The notes: generated by a model not told the origin, from the letters alone. 62,740 nt of DNA, filler included, from Basidiobolus ranarum (GCA_040143965.1; 42 parts of 42 records of this genome joined end to end with filler, not necessarily neighbours in it); one strand, 5' to 3'; counted from the whole stretch's first letter, positions 37,281 through 47,942 are shown. Program-made: numbers and translations.

Positions 37281-37388
37281 CCCTAACAGAAATTTGAGGA
37301 TTGTTATCGTAGGAAAACCGTCACAATTTTAATCCATTTGGGATTGACCGTTTACTTACCGTCATAAAATCGTCAAGTTAGATTTGAT
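37281..37388 (+). mobile_element. CACTA left end, young CpG-intact copy
   Basis: CCCTAACAGAAATTTGAGG; five CpGs that are absent in the other copies. Confidence 0.92.
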
Positions 37389-37488
37389 NNNNNNNNNNNN
37401 NNNNNNNNNNNNNNNNNNNNNNNNNNNNNNNNTTAATTAATTAANNNNNNNNNNNNNNNNNNNNNNNNNNNNNNNNNNNNNNNNNNNN

Positions 37489-37713
37489 ATATCCATTGAG
37501 AGCGCTAGACTTAAGACACTATGAATAAAGCATTCATCATCTTTTGAATGTGCAATAATGTCTAAAAGTACTTTTCTTAGATATACCACATAAGTAAAAT
37601 AAAATGTTTCCAAAACGGTAAATAACATTGTGCTGGATAGTGCCCAATCATGCCAATTTGTGCTGGCACACTTTTAGCTGGCCTGATCTGGCTCAATAAA
37701 ATGGAACAACTCT
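37489..37713 (+). mobile_element. PIF/Harbinger-ISL2EU-type element 3' end
   Basis: Matches 55857-56081; followed by ATT of LTR D. Confidence 0.85.
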
Positions 37714-38883
37714 ATTCATAACTGGCATTGATCAGACTGAGCTTGGATCAAGAAACACAGGGAGCTTATATAGATATTGTATGATTAGTTAGGTTTCATG
37801 GAATGTTCCAAAGAACATGACTTCCATATAAAGTAACCTGAATGAGTTAGCACATGATTGCTGAGAAAGGATGGCATAGCAGGTATGATGTCATAATCTA
37901 ATACTAGAAGAATTCCATTTGCAGTGGAGGGGTATGCCAAGCTCAGGATCCTCACAGTATCCTCTCCTTTAGTGATGGCTTCCAGACATCATCCAGTCAG
38001 GCTTGTCTGGGTAGGCTTCATGAAACTCCTGGAAATGTTCCTTAGAGTTGGAAAGATTTGTTACTGGTTCACATGATTGATCATTTGTTAAGTATCCCAT
38101 CCAGTCCACTAAATATTGCAACTTACAATGATAAATTCTTGCATGTAGAATTTTGCTAACTTCATATTCAGAGTGTTCTTTACTTGCATTGATGGGGGTG
38201 GGTCAATGGATTGGCCATGGAAGGTATTTCTGGAATGTGGCTCTAGGAGAGAAGCATGGAATTCATTGTGGACTTTGAAATGATCTGGTAGTTCAAGGCA
38301 GAAGGCTACTAAATTGATTTGCTTAATAATCTTAACAAGCCCTAGTCTTTTATGTTCAAGTTTATCACAAGGTCTAGTGGACTTGATATTTTTGCAGATT
38401 AGCTATACACAATCTCCTGGCTTGAGATCTGGGTTTGGCTTTCTTTTCTTATTAGCAAAGGTCTTGTATTGGGATTGAGCATGCTCCAACTTGGATATTG
38501 ATTGTTTGTGGATGTTTTAAGGAAAGTGGCATGATATGAGGCAGCAGGCAAGGTGGATTGGACGGTGGGTGAATTGTGAAATGGGGATGGAATCCTTAAT
38601 TTGCAAAGAAAGGAGTTTGTTTTGTTGTGCTATGATCAGAGTTGTTGTAAGCAAATTGGCAAGAGGCAAGAGTAATGTCCAATTATGTTGATTATGGTTG
38701 AAAGTGCATTGCAAATTTTGTTCCAAAACTTGATTGCCTTGTACTGTTTGGCCATCAGATTGGGCATGGAAGGAAGTGGAGGGATTGCTAGAGATACCCA
38801 AGGTTAGTGGAAGATATTTCCAGAATTTGGAAGCAAATTGAGATCCTTGACCAGAGATGATAGTTTCAAGGAGTCCATGTGAG
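37714..38883 (-). mobile_element. Chromovirus (Ty3/Gypsy) integrase with chromodomain, PPT and 3' LTR family D (37714-37956)
   Basis: SGQGSQFASKFW, FHAQSDGQT, EYEVSKIL...QYLVDWMGY...EPVTNL; PPT AAGGAGAGG near the LTR start TGTGAGG. Confidence 0.9.
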
Positions 38884-38983
38884 NNNNNNNNNNNNNNNNN
38901 NNNNNNNNNNNNNNNNNNNNNNNNNNNTTAATTAATTAANNNNNNNNNNNNNNNNNNNNNNNNNNNNNNNNNNNNNNNNNNNN

Positions 38984-39229
38984 AGCACTCTTCCAGCTGG
39001 TGTATCCAGTTCCATGGTGAAATTAAGCTTTTTTGCCAGTATATCTGACTCTGGAAATGCAGATCTTTATAATGGTGTGAAGAACTTGGTAGGTGGGACT
39101 GTAGAGCCAAAAATCACTGGCTTCTTTGCTTTTCCCTTGAGTTTACTAACTTCCTGCCCCTTCAATACTTCCTTAGCTGCTTTTCCTTCTTTTCCAAGTC
39201 AATAATTGCATACATTTTTGAGATGTTTC
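38984..39229 (-). mobile_element. CACTA ORF2 fragment
   Basis: Bridges 35690-35892 and 16400-16420. Confidence 0.85.
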
Positions 39230-39510
39230 TATTGGGATTATTTAGGGAGAAATATTGGTCTTGCCAGGATTTGAACCTGGGACCTCCTTCACTCTAGCAA
39301 GGTGCTCTAATCACTGAGCTACCAGTCCTTGTATGCTACACCTATATTTCTAGGGAACCCTAACCTAGTCTCTCAATGCATGGTACTTTGGCATTTCCGC
39401 TATACAAGCAACTGATTGGCCTTAGACTTTGTGCTCAGATGCAGTCACCATACTCCATATTTCCTCTTTGGGAATTACTGCTTGTACCACAAGTCACCAG
39501 ACTTTCAACA
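39230..39510 (-). repeat. 281-bp LTR-like element (TGTTGAAAG...CCCAATA) containing a tRNA-like sequence
   Basis: Sharp junctions with CACTA ORF2 (left) and Copia RNase H (right); termini like Copia LTR family A; partial second copy at 43466-43574. Confidence 0.8.
39256..39328 (-). tRNA. tRNA-like sequence (73 nt, anticodon position AGA, short variable loop) inside the LTR-like repeat; probable pseudo-tRNA
   Basis: D stem GCTC/GAGC, T stem CCAGG/CCTGG, B box GGTTCAAATCC; acceptor and anticodon stems have mismatches. Confidence 0.7.
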
Positions 39511-39620
39511 CTATTACTGTATTTGAAGATGATCAAAGTTGTATTTTGTTGGTTAAAAACCTTATATTCCATGATAGAACAAAGCATATAGATATTAGGC
39601 ATCATTTTGTCAGCAAAGCA
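39511..39620 (+). mobile_element. Ty1/Copia RNase H fragment
   Basis: ITVFEDDQSCI...RTKHIDIRHHF. Confidence 0.88.
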
Positions 39621-40378
39621 CCCTAACAGAAATTTGAGGATTGTTATTGTAGGAAAACTCTCACAATTTTAATCCATTTAGGATTGACTGTTTACTTACT
39701 GTCATAAAATCATCAAGTTAGATTTGATTTTAATCAATTTTTTCAGTTTCAGGAGTAAAATTTCAAGATCTCACAAAATAGTTGCACATGATTGGCTACA
39801 ATCTCAGAGAACTATGGATCAGCACATCTGCAAAAAACTTAACTCAAATTTTACACAATTACCACTTGAATGCTAATTTGTCACCTCTGAAATCCCTAGT
39901 CTCTTAGATATATTCTCATGAATAATTTTATAGAGTTCTTCATACTCGTGGTTTAGCTCATACCCAACATGAGCTTGCATCAATATCTCCATCAAAGCCC
40001 ACTATTGTCTTAATGTTGCTGAATCAACATTCTTCCAGCTATCTGGAGGGTACCCTACAATATTGTGCCACTCTGGATTATGTTCTTCCCAGATATCTGC
40101 ATGGTCAACACCAGACTGAATGTCAAGTTGAATGTTCTTCTTCTGAAGCCACTTTCTGCATACTTGCACTGCATTTTTCCCTTCATACTTTTGAAAATAC
40201 TCCTCAAGCACTTTGACTATTTTTGTACGTCCTTGTAGTGTGACACTACTGAGGGTGCTTTGCAGTGTTTGTGCGGCTTTTTGCTTGCCTTTACCTTTGG
40301 GACTAATTTCAACACTTTGAAAAGTACCAGTTGAGGTTGGAGAGCCGTGAGTTTTATTTGCTGGTGTTTTGGCTTGTT
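39621..40378 (+). mobile_element. CACTA left end with TIR and ORF2 C-terminal part (minus)
   Basis: Colinear with 15605-16365. Confidence 0.92.
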
Positions 40379-40478
40379 NNNNNNNNNNNNNNNNNNNNNN
40401 NNNNNNNNNNNNNNNNNNNNNNTTAATTAATTAANNNNNNNNNNNNNNNNNNNNNNNNNNNNNNNNNNNNNNNNNNNN

Positions 40479-41872
40479 ATTAGCAATAGTTTCTCTGCCA
40501 GTAGATAGGTCCACAAGGATCCATGTGCTATACTTGATTAGGGTGTGAATTTCATCATCAGTGGCTTTTCTCCATTCCATCACTTCATTAGATTGCAGAG
40601 CTGGTGTCAAATTTTCTGGTTTACAAATTCTATATGTGCAGATATATTCCACCCTTTTTCTGAATTGAATCTGTTGATTTCATGCTCTGATTTGAGACAT
40701 CCAAAGTCCTTGGTAGAATGGTCAGATGTTTCACTTACAGGATATTTCTGATTTCCACTTGTTAGGTTTTCTGAAACCTGATTGCCTGAATTTTGTGATT
40801 GATTGAATACTTGTTGTGATTGATTCCATACTTCCAATAATTGATTGAGTCCAATATCAGCCAAATTGAGAGTAGGATATCTCATAGATATATGATTGGT
40901 TAAAAAATTATTGCCTGTTTCTGAGCCCAATTTCCTGATTCCTGATTGGCTGGAAAAATATCCTCCTTCTGATTACCATATGTTTCATTGGCAGAGAAAA
41001 TATGCTGATTTCCAGAAGCTGATTCCAAATTATCAATATCCTCAGAGTAACTATCAGGTTTTCTGGTATAAATTGGTGCATTTCCAGTGCTGCCTAAAGT
41101 TTCACTACTCATATAGCTGTTTGATTCCAAAATATTATATAATAGTTTGTTCTCCTTGGTTTCAATACTTGTAGTAAAGTTTGAGACAGGATTATTGCTT
41201 GTTGGTTTTCTGCTAGGAATATTCACCACAGGGATTGGTAATGATTTGAGCTTTGTCATATATTCATTGGTGGCTGATGTTTTAGACCTTGTCCCAGATG
41301 TGATACTTTCTAAGTTTTGATTATGTTGATAGATAGTTTCAGATTCCAAATTTGGCCAAATTCCAGTATCTATTTCTGATGTATCATTTTCCAAGTTGGT
41401 TTTGGTACTTGTTAGCTCAAGATTGGTTTAAGAACTTGTTAAGTCAGAATTTGAGTTATTGAGAAATTGATTATCAGCTGAAATCAAATTCCCTTCATTA
41501 GAAGGTTTGAGATTTTCTTCAATCTATATAGTATCTCTGGAGTTGATGATTTGATTTGTGCCAGCAATTAGGAGACAACAGCCCTTGTTCTGATATCCCA
41601 ATAGGATACATTTATTTACCTTTTTGTCCAATATCCTATGCTGAGGTTATGGAATATGAGCATGTACTATTGATCCAAAAATTCTGAGATGACTCAGATT
41701 AGGCTTGTTTGCAGTCCAGATTTCAATAGGAGCTTTAGAGTCATGGTTGCTATGTGTTGGACTTCCATTTTGGAGATATGTAACTGTTAAAATAGCTTCA
41801 CCCCAATAGATCTTAGGCCTATCTGAATCAGTGAGCATTGTAGATGCTTTCTCTACTAAATTCCTATTCATC
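40479..41872 (-). mobile_element. Ty1/Copia integrase C-terminus, long low-complexity linker and RT start
   Basis: MNRNLVEKASTML, YWGEAILT, HLRIFGS, WRKATDDEI...TWILVDL. Confidence 0.88.
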
Positions 41873-41972
41873 NNNNNNNNNNNNNNNNNNNNNNNNNNNN
41901 NNNNNNNNNNNNNNNNTTAATTAATTAANNNNNNNNNNNNNNNNNNNNNNNNNNNNNNNNNNNNNNNNNNNN

Positions 41973-42466
41973 CGATTGGCTGGGAATTGACCAGCGTTGT
42001 AGATGGTGAAGTCAGGTTCACCAAAGTTCTCAAGTTCCTCGGCAGTAGGACGGATGAGCATGTTGCGCATGAAGAGAGCGTGGTAAGCACGAGCACAGAC
42101 AACCCTGACCTTTATACGGTACTTGGGATCCCATCCGGCAAAACCATCGAACACATAGAGACGCTCACGAGTGTTAAGATAGTCAACAGCTCTTTCATGG
42201 TTGATGCTGAAGACACGGTCTTCCAATGGAATGTTTACAGGACCCCACCAGATATCACCGCTGGTGGACTTCTCTTCAACAATACGTTTGTCATTGGGGC
42301 TTCTTCCGGTCTTCTTGCCTGAGGAAGTGATTATAGCACCTGCGGAGCTGAGATAAGTGCCCTTCTCATATTGTAAAGCATGCTCATAGAGTTTGGCTAC
42401 AGGAAGGTTTCTTAGCACAGGTTTGTTGGTATCAATACCAGAAGTGGAGTTTAGTGCGAAAACCAT
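41973..42466 (-). CDS. PCK1: Phosphoenolpyruvate carboxykinase (ATP), 5' part, downstream copy
   Basis: SGKKTGRSPNDKRIV, DYLNTRERLYVFDGFAGWD, RAYHALFMRNMLIRP, PDFTIYNAGQFPAN; likely ATG 42466. Confidence 0.97.
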
Positions 42467-43184
42467 ATTTGGTTGAGTAATGAAAGGCAGGAGTAGTGGT
42501 GTGATTGAAATCATCTGGATTCTGGGCTATTTATTCGTTCCCTGGTTACACGTTAACCTCAAAGCCTCACGTCGGACTTGACAGCAGTATGCCAACTTTG
42601 GGGACATGTTTCAACTGGCCTCAATCCGTAAATGGCCCATAGTTGATGATGTATATGAACTCGGTCCTAATTAGGGATGTTTCAAATTTTATTTTAAGAA
42701 TACAAGTTTGTTGCTTATATTGGCAAATTGTGTTGGTTCACTAGATTTGATGTTCTCCACCTTAAATGGTTCATAATCGCAGTATTCGACATTAGCGCAA
42801 GAAATATTTAGTATACTAAGTTCTTAATGTTGGCTGCATACCCTGTGCCTCTAAAATACATTGAAGGCTTACTTTTGTCGTGACAGTAACTCGGTTAGAA
42901 TTCTTTCTTGGACATTCTGTTTTTTGAAGTGTTTGCTTCGTATTAATGATAGTTAAAATGAATATTGCTTAATAGTTTCCAAGGCGTTTGAATGTCATAA
43001 ATAATTAATGAAGTTATAGTGAAAAATACTATTTTTAATATATTTTTATTGGGTGTAAGATTATCAAGAGGGTGTTGTCCCTGTGGAGACTGTGACTGTG
43101 TACATGGAATGAATGCAAGTAAATACTAGTAATGCAATGCTAATTATATGGTGCTGATAGTGTGGGCAATATTGCGGATAGCCT

Positions 43185-43364
43185 TTACAACTGAGGTCCA
43201 GCTGCAATGATTTCTGGTGTAGCTTGATCGGCGTACAACTGGAAATTCTCGTTGAATAAACCAGCGAGCTTCTCGACTGTGGCTACATATGACTCCTTGG
43301 TACCCTTCCAGGCTGCTGAGGGGTTCAAAACTTCATTAGGAACATTGCTGACTCCCTTAGGGAT
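43185..43364 (-). CDS. PCK1: Phosphoenolpyruvate carboxykinase (ATP), C-terminal 59 aa, upstream copy (not in ORF track)
   Basis: IPKGVSNVPNEVLNPSAAW...LAGLFNENFQLYADQATPEIIAAGPQL*, the recognisable fungal Pck1 C-terminus. Confidence 0.92.
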   Translation of the reverse strand: MPKGVSNVPNEVLNPSAAWKGTKESYVATVEKLAGLFNENFQLYADQATPEIIAAGPQL

Positions 43365-43465
43365 CNNNNNNNNNNNNNNNNNNNNNNNNNNNNNNNNNNN
43401 NNNNNNNNNTTAATTAATTAANNNNNNNNNNNNNNNNNNNNNNNNNNNNNNNNNNNNNNNNNNNN

Positions 43466-43574
43466 TAGCATACAAGGACTGGTAGCTCAGTGGTTAGAGC
43501 ACCTTGCTAGAGTGAAGGAGGCCCCAGGTTCAAATCCTGGCCAGACCAATATTTCTCCCTAAATAATTTCAATA
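43466..43574 (+). repeat. 3' end of the tRNA-bearing LTR-like element, second copy (ends TTTCAATA)
   Basis: Reverse complement of 39230-39338, including both tRNA flanks. Confidence 0.85.
43476..43548 (+). tRNA. tRNA-like sequence (73 nt, anticodon position AGA, short variable loop) inside the LTR-like repeat
   Basis: GGACTGG-TA-GCTC-AGTGGTTA-GAGC-A-CCTTG-CTAGAGT-GAAGG-AGGCC-CCAGG-TTCAAAT-CCTGG-CCAGACC-A. Confidence 0.75.
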
Positions 43575-43739
43575 GATCAAAATTATGACACCATTAAGGT
43601 TTTGAGTCTGGAAGTGTGGCCTCAAATAAAAAGGTGCTTCTTACAAAACAAGAGATCATTGATGATAGATAAATGGCAGTACAGGTTCAAGCTTGAGATG
43701 TCTTTGGGTGTTTCCTAGGCTTTCTTTACCATTCACAAG

Positions 43740-44858
43740 GAGAATAAGTTTTGGGATTTATTCAAATTTCCATAAAGAATTCAGTCAATATAACCCCATC
43801 TTAGAGTCAACAAATGTCCTGCCACAAGTAGATGTGTCATTGCTAGAATAGATTACACCATGGTTAAAACAATAATACTGGATATATTGATCTATCTCAC
43901 CAAGAAGTCTGTCTTGCAGCTTTCCTAGAAATATTGTCAGATTAAGACACAAACAAATGAGTCTAAATTATAGAGATGCTTATTGTTTGTTCATGGATGG
44001 GCTTTGTTGCTGTTACCGTGCTCAAACAATGCAAAGACCCATGAGCTCATTGAATGGAGCCCATTGTTGGAAGGTTAATATACTCTGGAGTCTCCTTCAT
44101 CACATTGCATCCATCACTGATTTTGCTGATACATTGTTAATCAGATTTGCATATGGTAATACTGACTATTTCACAAAGAGCATCATTTTGCAGCAGGTGC
44201 ACTCCATTGTGAAATCCTAGAATGTACTGCATGGGCCTATAATCTCTGAGCATTGTGAAAGATGCAGCAGGGAAAGTATGGAATACTGGCATAGATTCAG
44301 TCTATCCTCTTCAAACCTGTAATATTGTTTTTTATCCCCAATCAGAAAATCTTTGCACTGTTGCTGTATCTGGCTGAGATCTGCCAAAGTGAGTTGATGC
44401 CATAAGAATATATTAACAATATCCACAAACAACTCCCAATGTTGCCAATACTTATCAGGCAAAATCTCTTAAAGATTCTACTCGAATATATATAGATCCA
44501 ATACTTCCAGTCTTTGCATATGAATAAAAGGCTAGATGAGTAGATATTGAAGGGAGTCCTGAAGATGTATGATGGTATCTTGATGATTACCAGCATTTTC
44601 CCAATTGGTTCAAACTTTGATTCCATCTTGAATGGCTTACTCATATTGAATTTTCCACTACAAAGCTGGGTAAATAGTATTGGAATATTGTTAATTAATA
44701 AGTGAATAGTGCCTGATGGGAAGCTCTGGCTCTAGCTGATCCCCTTTAGCAATATAATCTTAGGCTTACAGTTAATACCAAGTTTGATGTTGGACTGACT
44801 ATTTGGTGAATTGATATCAGTGATCAGGTCAAAATTTGACTGGGCTCTTGATGGTAAA
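43740..44858 (-). mobile_element. CACTA transposase core/3' fragment (a short Gypsy piece matching 1345-1400 lies at ~43670-43725)
   Basis: Reverse complement of 49838-50824. Confidence 0.88.
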
Positions 44859-44958
44859 NNNNNNNNNNNNNNNNNNNNNNNNNNNNNNNNNNNNNNNNNN
44901 NNTTAATTAATTAANNNNNNNNNNNNNNNNNNNNNNNNNNNNNNNNNNNNNNNNNNNN

Positions 44959-45189
44959 CCCAAAATTGTAATTTGGCAATACTAAATCGGGTAACTTGGT
45001 ACGGGCTGGCACAATATCTCCAAAAAAATCATAGTGTCCAATTGTGGTGGGATAGTGCCATATTGTTCCTTATAGTGTCCGATTGAGTGTTATAGGACCC
45101 AGCCATGGTAATTGACAGATCACGCCAGATGGTGTATTAGCAGGCTGGATTGAGCAGCACGATCTGACCTGGTCCGATGGAACAAGTCT
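44959..45189 (-). mobile_element. PIF/Harbinger-ISL2EU-type element, opposite (putative 5') end
   Basis: Shares the terminal 13 bp ATGGAACAAGTCT with the 3' ends but has a different subterminal sequence; followed by ATT. Confidence 0.7.
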
Positions 45190-45869
45190 ATTTCAAAGGT
45201 GACAAATTAGTGTTCAAGTAGTAAATATGTAAAATTTGAGTCATGTTTTTTGCACATGTTTTGATCCATAGTTTTCTGATATTGTAGCCAATCATGTGCA
45301 ACTATTTTGCAAAATCCTAAAATTTCACTCCCATAACTGAAAAAATTGATTAAAATCAAATCTAACTTGATGATTTTATGATGTTAAGGAAACAGTCAAT
45401 CTCAAACAATTAAAATTGTGATGGTTTACCTGCAATAACAATCCTCAAATTACTGTTAGGGTATGCATTTTTATCATTTTAGCTATGGGGAATCTATTCA
45501 AGTAAAGACACATCTGAATATGGTAGGAAATTTGTTGACTGCAAATTAGGGATATATTAGCTGAATTCTTTATGGAAATTTGCATAGATTCAGGAGCTTA
45601 TTCTCATTTTGAATGGAAACAAGAGTGCAGTATTTGCCAAGTGTCAGTGCTATTCAAGATTTCAGACTTTTAGCAATTTCTCCACCAATAATTTGCTGGT
45701 AAAGCATATTGATGTCTTTGAGTTTGTCTGATCAGTCAAGTATGTGCACATGTAGAGACTATACATAACAAGATTGCTGTGTTTCTTGACTCTCATGATG
45801 GCTGGAATATAAAGCCTAAAACATCTCAATAATAGAAAGCATATTAGTTCAACTTCTTACAGCAGTAAA
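45190..45869. mobile_element. CACTA left end (minus, TIR ends 45461) nested in another copy's 3' region (plus)
   Basis: CTGTTAGGG at 45453-45461; family matches on both sides. Confidence 0.85.
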
Positions 45870-46259
45870 TGTTGAAGTTTGATGTCTCTATCACATTTGT
45901 TATCTCTATCTTTATACACCCAACTATTTCATATATCACATAAAAGTTAGTTGACATTAATTAGTCAAATATCACTTAGCTCAATATTGGAACATATGTT
46001 ATATATGTATGTGATTAATGTGAGAATTAGCAGTTCCATATTGGAATATTCAAACTTTTCCTAATTGCGCCAAAGATAGCTCATTTTACTCCCACAGATG
46101 TTCTGAATACTATCCCAGTGTTAGTTTTCTGTATTTCAACCAAAATGTATAAATGCTTTATTTATGGTCAATAAATACTTATCTCACAAAGCTATTAACA
46201 ACTCCACTTTTCTAACATTCCTCCAAATAGCCCATATTTTCCCAATAGGTTATTAGCCT
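45870..46259 (+). repeat. Copia 5' LTR family A (45870-46247) and PBS GGTTATTAGCCT
   Basis: Colinear with 12783-13168. Confidence 0.88.
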
Positions 46260-46450
46260 TGTATTTTAACCTTTACACCTTTCTCTATAGTGAAGCAGCT
46301 ATATCTTGGAATAGCAAGAAACAACCAACCATAGCACTTTCAACAACTGANNNNNNNNNNNNNNNNNNNNNNNNNNNNNNNNNNNNNNNNNNNNTTAATT
46401 AATTAANNNNNNNNNNNNNNNNNNNNNNNNNNNNNNNNNNNNNNNNNNNN

Positions 46451-47842
46451 ACAGTAGAGGAAGTATTTGGGAGGTCCTTGCACTGAAGTACCTGCCAAAG
46501 CTTCTTCAACAGCTGTTACGATCAAGTTGCCAAGAGATACGGTGAGTAGCCAGAATGATGAGGAGGTTGACTTCATTTGACGACCAACTTGGGTATAGGT
46601 GAATTGAAGACCAGTGGGTGAGAGCATGGCTTCACCCAATGAGAGGAGGGCCCATTGAGGCAATTGCCAGGCACCATGGAGACAGTTGGGACATGCGATC
46701 ACTTTTCCATCAGCATCGGAGACTGGATCGTAATTTGACTTCACAACGTATTGAAGACCACCAGACACACCAAATGACAGGATAACAAGGAAGAAACCGA
46801 CTGCCATACGACGAAGGAGGTAGAAACGGATACCACGTCTCTCAAGGAATGGATACAAGAGCTTGGCACAGATGGGGACAAAGATCAGAATGAAGATAGT
46901 GTTGAAGATGGATGATTGTTCGGTCGTGATCACAAATGCACCCCAAGATTTGTTCATCATCTCATACTGTTCCTGCCATTCGGTACCTTGTTGATCGTAG
47001 ATCATCCAAAAGAATGTGATTGGAAGGATCATTCCAAGTACTCTGCCAAACATACGAATCTCCTCAACAAAGAGCGGTCCAACCTGTTCTTCAGCAAAGT
47101 TTAACCAGTTACCACGACGTTGACGCTCATCAGCAGTGGCAGAAGAGTACTTCTTGACTGCGTAGACAGTACCCTTGAGAGCCTTCCAAGGCAAGAACTC
47201 ACCAATAGCTGGTACTACACGATAATGCTTGAAACCCATGATGAACACAATCAAGGCGATTCCGAAAAGAAGTGCTGGAAGTGTGAAAGAGGCGAAATAA
47301 CACTGTGTTCCCCAACAAACTACCTTTTCTTTCAAAAGCGGTGTGATGTATTGCGAGAATAGAGAACCGGTGTTGATCGAGATGTAGAACATAGCAAAGA
47401 ACCAATCCAAAGCCTCGGTCTGATGTGGAAGATATTGATCACCACCATGAGAAGACACGCAGGGCTTGATACCACCAGTACCAAGAGCAACCAGAGTTAG
47501 GGGGAACATAGCAGTCCAGATGGGATAGCTACCGTACTGTGCAACCAAGCCATTGATGGAGAATACAGCCATGAGGATGGTTCCAATGAAGTAGACAATG
47601 GATAGGTAGACAATGGTGTGGTACTTTGCCAACCATGAGTCAGAAATGGCAGCACCCAACAATGGGAAGAAATAGGCCATCATGTTGAAAGCGTGAGACT
47701 GGACCTTAGCTTGCACTTGATCGAGACCGAGGGCATTCTTGAAGTACTGTTGAAGGAGGTTCTTGATGCCATAGAATGTGAAACGTTCACAAAACTCGTT
47801 AGGAATGATGTACCAAACGGCTTTGGGAATCTTGTTAGGGTT
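46451..47842 (-). CDS. Proton-dependent oligopeptide transporter (POT/PTR, SLC15-like), both ends truncated
   Basis: 464 open codons; NEFCERFTFYG, GTGGIKPCVSSHGGDQY, FYISINTGS; multiple TM helices. Confidence 0.96.
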
Positions 47843-47942
47843 NNNNNNNNNNNNNNNNNNNNNNNNNNNNNNNNNNNNNNNNNNNNTTAATTAATTAANN
47901 NNNNNNNNNNNNNNNNNNNNNNNNNNNNNNNNNNNNNNNNNN

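Noticed and set aside
39256-39328. Functional tRNA-Ser(AGA) gene
   Set aside because: No long variable arm, mismatches in acceptor and anticodon stems, no oligo-T terminator, and it is embedded in a repeat; treated as tRNA-derived.
47831-47842. TTGTTAGGG resembling the CACTA right TIR
   Set aside because: It is in-frame coding sequence of the peptide transporter (NPNK) with no adjacent element sequence.
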